Source: a virus. From it: a stretch of DNA of 64,000 nucleotides. The translations under genes were made by a program, and so were the position numbers. The notes below the pieces were generated by a model. That model made no database searches. It had not been told where the DNA came from and was given only the letters and a program-made list of their open reading frames with translations. This document shows, piece by piece, positions 58,166 to 64,000 of this stretch. Location: positions 8,683 through 72,682 of the IMG/VR virus record IMGVR_UViG_3300028844_005117. The stretch is one strand, 5' to 3'. The stretch's first letter is position 1. Every line of letters begins with the position of its first letter.

Positions 58166-59449
58166 TTATGCAATATCTTCTTCTACTGATTCCGCTTTTT
58201 TTAATTCCGCTAATGCAGCTTTATATAAATCACGTCTATCGCTAGTTACAGCTTCAATACTATACGTATCTTTAACTGTATTGTGTAGGTTTTTTTGAAG
58301 TGTTGTAACAAGCTTTGGATTGTTTATCAAATGTTTGATATACTTGTACCATTGTTTGTGATTCTTAGCTGTATCAACTAATAATGCATTCCCTGTTTCA
58401 GTATATCTAGGTTGTTCACGTTTGGAAGCACCCTTTTCATATGAACCAACTAAATCTATTTGGTATGGTCCATAATTTTGTGCAATAATTGCTTTTTTGT
58501 GGAACCCAGCTTCAATAACTTTTAATTGACTCTTAACCTTATTGAATGTGTGTTCTTCAATTGGTGCCAATGATACGTCAAATAAGTTGTAATTAGATGC
58601 ATAAGTAGAGATAGGTTTTGTCCAAACTCTTCTGTAAGCTTCGTTTTCAACACCATCAAATTCATCCTTATTAAATGTTAACAAGTAATTCTTATATTCT
58701 TCTGATACAGACTTATAACCGTTGGTGAATATTTGTTCATAACGGTACCACACGCTTTCTTTTGGTTTGATTGGTCTTTGAGTTTGTTTTCCATTCTCAT
58801 CAATCATTGTTACACTACCTCTAAGGTCAAAACCACATAATACAAATTGTACTTTATCAATAAGACCATCATTGGTTAATGATGCAACAACACCCTTAAG
58901 AATTTCTAAATCCTTTTCGTGAGAAGAACCACCTAACCAACCAATTCTAAGTCTTTCAGACTTCTCTGGTTTAGGTGTATATTGTTTTTCTGTTGGGTCT
59001 ATTGCGTTTGGTAGGATAAAGATATTATCCTTTCCAGTAATATCTTTTAATACATCTTTAAAGATTGGTGTAGTGGTAATAACGTTCTCAGCTGTTTTTA
59101 AATTATTTAGAATTTTCTTATCAATTTGATTATTCTTAATAATTAAGTATGCTGGGTGGTGTGGACCTGGTGCCCAATGGTCATCAATATCCATAAATGT
59201 TAAAATACCTAATTTCTTACAACGCTCAATAACTTCTTGATGTTTTTCAAAAGGTCCGAGTGAACGGTGGTAGTGAATTATATCATATTGACTTAACCAC
59301 TTATCATTATCAATCTGTGGTTCATATTCAATATCTACGTGAAATTCTTTTGGATACATTGTTTCCAATGTTATGTGTGGCTTCGTACTTCTAAAGTATG
59401 ATACGCCAGTTCTGTCACTTGGTACAACTAAAACTTTAATTTTGCTCAT
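58166..59449 (-). CDS. GT-B glycosyltransferase
   Basis: DIDDHW, RIGWLGGSSH..DL, D..LAP....FN..KS.LK.IEAG. Confidence 0.88.
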   Translation of the reverse strand: MSKIKVLVVPSDRTGVSYFRSTKPHITLETMYPKEFHVDIEYEPQIDNDKWLSQYDIIHYHRSLGPFEKHQEVIERCKKLGILTFMDIDDHWAPGPHHPAYLIIKNNQIDKKILNNLKTAENVITTTPIFKDVLKDITGKDNIFILPNAIDPTEKQYTPKPEKSERLRIGWLGGSSHEKDLEILKGVVASLTNDGLIDKVQFVLCGFDLRGSVTMIDENGKQTQRPIKPKESVWYRYEQIFTNGYKSVSEEYKNYLLTFNKDEFDGVENEAYRRVWTKPISTYASNYNLFDVSLAPIEEHTFNKVKSQLKVIEAGFHKKAIIAQNYGPYQIDLVGSYEKGASKREQPRYTETGNALLVDTAKNHKQWYKYIKHLINNPKLVTTLQKNLHNTVKDTYSIEAVTSDRRDLYKAALAELKKAESVEEDIA

Positions 59450-59501
59450 ATTCGATTTATATTTTTTATAATAATAACGATTCTGAACTAATTGTAAATG
59501 G

Positions 59502-59538
59502 AAAAAGGGGAAAACAATTAAGTAATCCCCTTTTTTTA
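59502..59538 (-). terminator. intrinsic terminator (possibly bidirectional)
   Basis: aaaaagggga...tccccttttt. Confidence 0.55.
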
Positions 59539-59552
59539 TATATTTTTTTTAT

Positions 59553-60176
<624 letters not shown>

Positions 60177-60178
60177 AG

Positions 60179-60901
60179 TTAAAAATCTTTTATTTCATCA
60201 TTATATTCGTCATCTTCAATGTCCTCTTCTTCGTAGTCATTGTCTATGTCGTTTGTTATACTTGACCCAAATTCTGTTGGCTCGTCAATCGGTTCTTCAA
60301 TTGGTCTTTCAATTGGTTCATCCATTGGCTCATCTACTGGTTTCTCAGTAGGCTCAATAGCAGTTGGTTCAGCGTTATCGTATCTATAAGTATTGTCAAT
60401 ATTCCTATTGTTCGAATCAATACTGTCATTTCCTGTTTCTTTGTTATCAAAGTTAACAACTTTCACATCACCAACCATTGATTCATCACCAAGCATATTA
60501 GTTTTCTGACCAGCAATTTCAATTGGTTCCCAATACTTAAGATTGGTTGGTTCCCAATGTGTAATTCTATCAGTTCTAAATAATTTCCATCCAGATGAAT
60601 TGTTTGGTTGTCTAAGACTATCACCATATACTTGATAGGCTCTTATTACCTCACGACCCCCATTTTTAAGGTTACCTAAAGCATGTACAACGATGTTTCT
60701 CCATCCTTTACCTTCTCTAGTTACATTTCCGAATTTATCTTTTTTATCATCACCATCGTAATGAATTCTAATTCTCCTAATAAACTTTTGTCCATTTCTA
60801 GCGTACTCACCATCAATGGTATCAATAATTTGTTGTGTACCTACACCTTCCGTTATTAACCCTTCTAATATAATATCTTCATATATATTGTAAAGTTTCA
60901 T
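60179..60901 (-). CDS. WYL-like domain protein with acidic tail
   Basis: I.Y...R.I...ALG...IRAYQ...WKLFRTDRI pattern. Confidence 0.6.
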   Translation of the reverse strand: MKLYNIYEDIILEGLITEGVGTQQIIDTIDGEYARNGQKFIRRIRIHYDGDDKKDKFGNVTREGKGWRNIVVHALGNLKNGGREVIRAYQVYGDSLRQPNNSSGWKLFRTDRITHWEPTNLKYWEPIEIAGQKTNMLGDESMVGDVKVVNFDNKETGNDSIDSNNRNIDNTYRYDNAEPTAIEPTEKPVDEPMDEPIERPIEEPIDEPTEFGSSITNDIDNDYEEEDIEDDEYNDEIKDF

Positions 60902-60914
60902 TAAGTTTTATTTT

Positions 60915-61241
60915 TTAATGGAATGAGAATTGTCCTTCGTTTGCTGATGTGTCTGGGTGTTGATATTGGTTATCATTATCAAACTCATTCTTTGCCACAT
61001 TTTGAATCCTACCAGACCCAACAGCGTTAGATGCTCCATTGATATCAATAGAACCACCACCATTATATGTATCTAAGAAAACCCCTGTACCTTTACCAGC
61101 AACTGGTGTTGTTTGGTCGGATAATGCTCTTGTATGTGTTGCACTGTAGTTGTGTCCATCATCAGAATCGTTATACGTGTTAACTGGTAGAAGTGTGTTT
61201 CTTGCTGCAATAGCCGCTTGTTCTAATTTGTTACTTGCCAT
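60915..61241 (-). CDS. hypothetical late protein
   Basis: 108 aa in a late operon. Confidence 0.75.
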   Translation of the reverse strand: MASNKLEQAAIAARNTLLPVNTYNDSDDGHNYSATHTRALSDQTTPVAGKGTGVFLDTYNGGGSIDINGASNAVGSGRIQNVAKNEFDNDNQYQHPDTSANEGQFSFH

Positions 61242-61243
61242 AA

Positions 61244-61690
61244 TTATATTTTTTGTTTTTTGTTATTCATATACTCTATTAAATACTTCGTAGCCTCAAT
61301 TTCTTTATCAATTGATTCATAAGTATTACTCCCTTCTAATTCTCTAGTACCACCTTTTATCTTAGGCATTCTAACTCTAGTTGGGTCTGCATTATCATTA
61401 TCCTTCTCGTGAGTGTTCTTGAAAGCGTTACCACCTTTCTTTTCACCTTGACCATCAGTATTCATGATAATTCTCTTTTTGGTATCGTCTGCCTTGATAT
61501 CATCACCCAATGTTTTCTCTATCCATTTTAGTGTTTTCAAATCAACATCACTATTTGATTGCTTGTTAGATAATTCAGATTTGACCTTTTTCATGTATTC
61601 AGTCGTAGCTGTATCATTACCACCAAAATAAGATTTTATATTCTCATCAAAGATTGGGTATACATTTCTTTCTATAGCTTTATTTGGCAT
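61244..61690 (-). CDS. hypothetical late protein
   Basis: 148 aa in a late operon. Confidence 0.75.
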   Translation of the reverse strand: MPNKAIERNVYPIFDENIKSYFGGNDTATTEYMKKVKSELSNKQSNSDVDLKTLKWIEKTLGDDIKADDTKKRIIMNTDGQGEKKGGNAFKNTHEKDNDNADPTRVRMPKIKGGTRELEGSNTYESIDKEIEATKYLIEYMNNKKQKI

Positions 61691-61691
61691 A

Positions 61692-62291
61692 TTATAGTCC
61701 TTTTCTAATTATATTCTTATAATCCCTTGGTATTTGAGAAGTCTCAATATTCATCATTAAATAATTTAAAACAATTCCAATTTCCTCACCAGAAAGATTA
61801 TTACTATTTATTGTTTCAATAAAATCCCTCATCTTACCAACAACAATCATTTGATTATCAGATAAATCATCGATGTCTGGAATTTCATTTCTATTCACAT
61901 CACTAGCATTAGACTTAGCAACCATATCTTGGTTGTTAGACCTACGTTTAAGGATATCTTCAACCATTTTATTAACATTGTTTTCAGTGATATCATCACC
62001 CTCACCAAGATTACCAGCTAAAGATGGTGCTCTACTCGCACCTTGCCCATAACCATATGACATAGACCACCACCAATTACGTGGTTGAATTGCTTGTGCT
62101 GCAAAATCATCTGTAGTTTGTGGGATTCCCTTTATATCACCTTGATGGTTTATAGGACCAGTTTTAATTTCAGTTCCTTTGTTAAATGACTCATCACCAC
62201 TAATTATCCCACCATCATCATTGACAAATTCATCAACATTGCTAGATTCGATAATAATTCTTTTGAAGTCTTTCTTTTTAAAAGTTTTCAT
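61692..62291 (-). CDS. hypothetical late protein
   Basis: 199 aa; late motif at 62307-62314. Confidence 0.75.
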   Translation of the reverse strand: MKTFKKKDFKRIIIESSNVDEFVNDDGGIISGDESFNKGTEIKTGPINHQGDIKGIPQTTDDFAAQAIQPRNWWWSMSYGYGQGASRAPSLAGNLGEGDDITENNVNKMVEDILKRRSNNQDMVAKSNASDVNRNEIPDIDDLSDNQMIVVGKMRDFIETINSNNLSGEEIGIVLNYLMMNIETSQIPRDYKNIIRKGL

Positions 62292-62354
62292 ATTATATAC
62301 TTTTATTATAAATATAAGCGAGGTGGGGAATATTTATAATAAAACAGATTAATT

Positions 62355-64000
62355 ATGAATTTTAGAACTAGATTAGATATCACCAACAGACAGGTAAAAC
62401 AGTTAGAGAGGACAGATGTTTCATTATCTGGTAGTAGTGTGTTTGGTTTACCTTTCAGTGCTTTGACTACAGGACCAAGTGAAAGTGTCTCTGGAGTTAG
62501 TGAAACTGTCATTAATGTAATTAGTACATTTTCTGGTAATACTGGGACTACAGTATTCACATTTGGTGATTCTAGAATGGATATAGCATCAAGTAGTATT
62601 TCAGCCTTAACATCATCTAATAGTGCAACTACACAAGATACTGGTAATGTATGGACTGGGAATACATCACAGGTAGTTGATGGTAATTTTTCATACTTAG
62701 ATTATACAGGTGTATCATTTAATCTTGAAGTGACAGCAATAACAGAAGTTTCATTGGGTGTTTTCACTGGTACGTGTGTGTCTGATGATGTATTCATATT
62801 AAGTGCTGATACTCTTGATTTTACTGGTAGAACAATTTGGGTTGATAATCCAGAAATTACAAGAACTAATAAATTGATTGTATCAGATGGTGCCATAAGT
62901 GGATATGTACTTAAATCAGACTCTGAGGGTATGGCAACATGGCAACCATCTAGTGCTATATCAGCTGATACCAACACGTATACAACTGGTACAACACTTG
63001 TTGGGTCTGACTTATATTTCGATACTAATGCGATACTTTCAGCTTATACAGCTGATTTATCATCATTTGGTGGTGCATTCGTTCATGCAGCAAGTGGTCA
63101 AATTACTCCAACAAATGCTTATGCTAATTCAGTTACATCTAATTACTCATCAGTTCTTGGTGGTAAGGATAATACAATATCTGGAACTACCACGTATTCA
63201 ACTATTGCTGGTGGACAAACTAATGAAATATCTGATAGTGCTAGATGGTCATTCATTGGTGCTGGTAAAGGTAATGACATAAATGGTTTTGGGTATTCAA
63301 GTATTAACTCTGGTAGGAATAACTTTATTAGTCATGGTGGTTATTCAACTATTGGTGGTGGTAAAGGTAATCAAATAACGGTTAGTAATGTTTTTTCCAC
63401 TAGCATCGGTGGTGGACAATATAATCGTGCTAGTGCAGCATTTTCAACTATTGGTGGTGGTAATTATAATAAACTTGGTGGTGGATTACAACCATCATCA
63501 CCTACTGATGGTAGATATAGCTTCATCGGTGGTGGTAAAAGTAATAAATTATATAATACCCTATCGGTTATTGCTGGTGGTGAACTTAATCAAATTGGTA
63601 GTCCTAGTGATGCTGTTACTCTTGAACATAATACTATCGGTGGTGGGAACTCTAATACGATAGGTAGTTATAGTTACAATACTATTGCTGGTGGTGAAAG
63701 TAATACTATAACAACTGGTGGTGGTTCTACTATTGGTGGTGGTAATGGAAATAAAGTGTATACATGGGGTTCTACAATTGCTGGTGGACAAAGTAATATT
63801 ATTCATTATAGTAGTTATTATTCAGTTATTGGTGGTGGTGATAGTAATGTCATTCAAACTGGGTTTACTTATTCATCAATTGTTGGTGGACAAAGTAATG
63901 TTGTTAATCATAGTGGAGCACACATCATAGGTTCAAGCATTACATCCGTATCGGCATATACAACACATGTTGAAAGATTAAATATTGGAACAGTTACAAC
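62355..64000 (+). CDS. tail fibre/adhesin-like protein with beta-helix repeats; 3'-truncated by the window
   Basis: MNFRTRLDIT... open to the window end; many S-x-I-(G/A)-G-G-x-x-N repeats; late motif at 62331. Confidence 0.8.
   Translation, partial: MNFRTRLDITNRQVKQLERTDVSLSGSSVFGLPFSALTTGPSESVSGVSETVINVISTFSGNTGTTVFTFGDSRMDIASSSISALTSSNSATTQDTGNVWTGNTSQVVDGNFSYLDYTGVSFNLEVTAITEVSLGVFTGTCVSDDVFILSADTLDFTGRTIWVDNPEITRTNKLIVSDGAISGYVLKSDSEGMATWQPSSAISADTNTYTTGTTLVGSDLYFDTNAILSAYTADLSSFGGAFVHAASGQITPTNAYANSVTSNYSSVLGGKDNTISGTTTYSTIAGGQTNEISDSARWSFIGAGKGNDINGFGYSSINSGRNNFISHGGYSTIGGGKGNQITVSNVFSTSIGGGQYNRASAAFSTIGGGNYNKLGGGLQPSSPTDGRYSFIGGGKSNKLYNTLSVIAGGELNQIGSPSDAVTLEHNTIGGGNSNTIGSYSYNTIAGGESNTITTGGGSTIGGGNGNKVYTWGSTIAGGQSNIIHYSSYYSVIGGGDSNVIQTGFTYSSIVGGQSNVVNHSGAHIIGSSITSVSAYTTHVERLNIGTVT

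Overview
This AT-rich window (standard genetic code) comes from a large T4-like (jumbo/mega) myophage. Repeated TTG-N20-TAnnTTTG promoters and SD-less leaders point to a Bacteroidota host. It contains an accessory region (thioredoxin, LRR protein, YkuK-type RNase H-like protein, ABC-ATPase/GNAT, lytic transglycosylase, ClpC, KTSC, ThyA) and the head module (terminase, portal, prohead protease, scaffold, major capsid). It also has baseplate-type genes, a gp55-like late sigma factor, a ~21 kb minus-strand sugar-biosynthesis/glycosyltransferase cluster, and the 5' part of a beta-helical fibre/adhesin gene missing from the ORF track. The most notable anomalies are two gene pairs joined by -1 shifts at T9 and A10 runs, an ATPase-only terminase paralog in tandem with the full terminase, and clean internal deletions in ClpC and PhoH. 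Also notable are a TM+PAS pair inside the head module, a sense-strand TATTTAT late motif (the reverse complement of T4's), and two candidate regulatory RNA structures. Family calls come from motif recognition only. Frameshifts and deletions could be assembly artefacts and need read-level checks.
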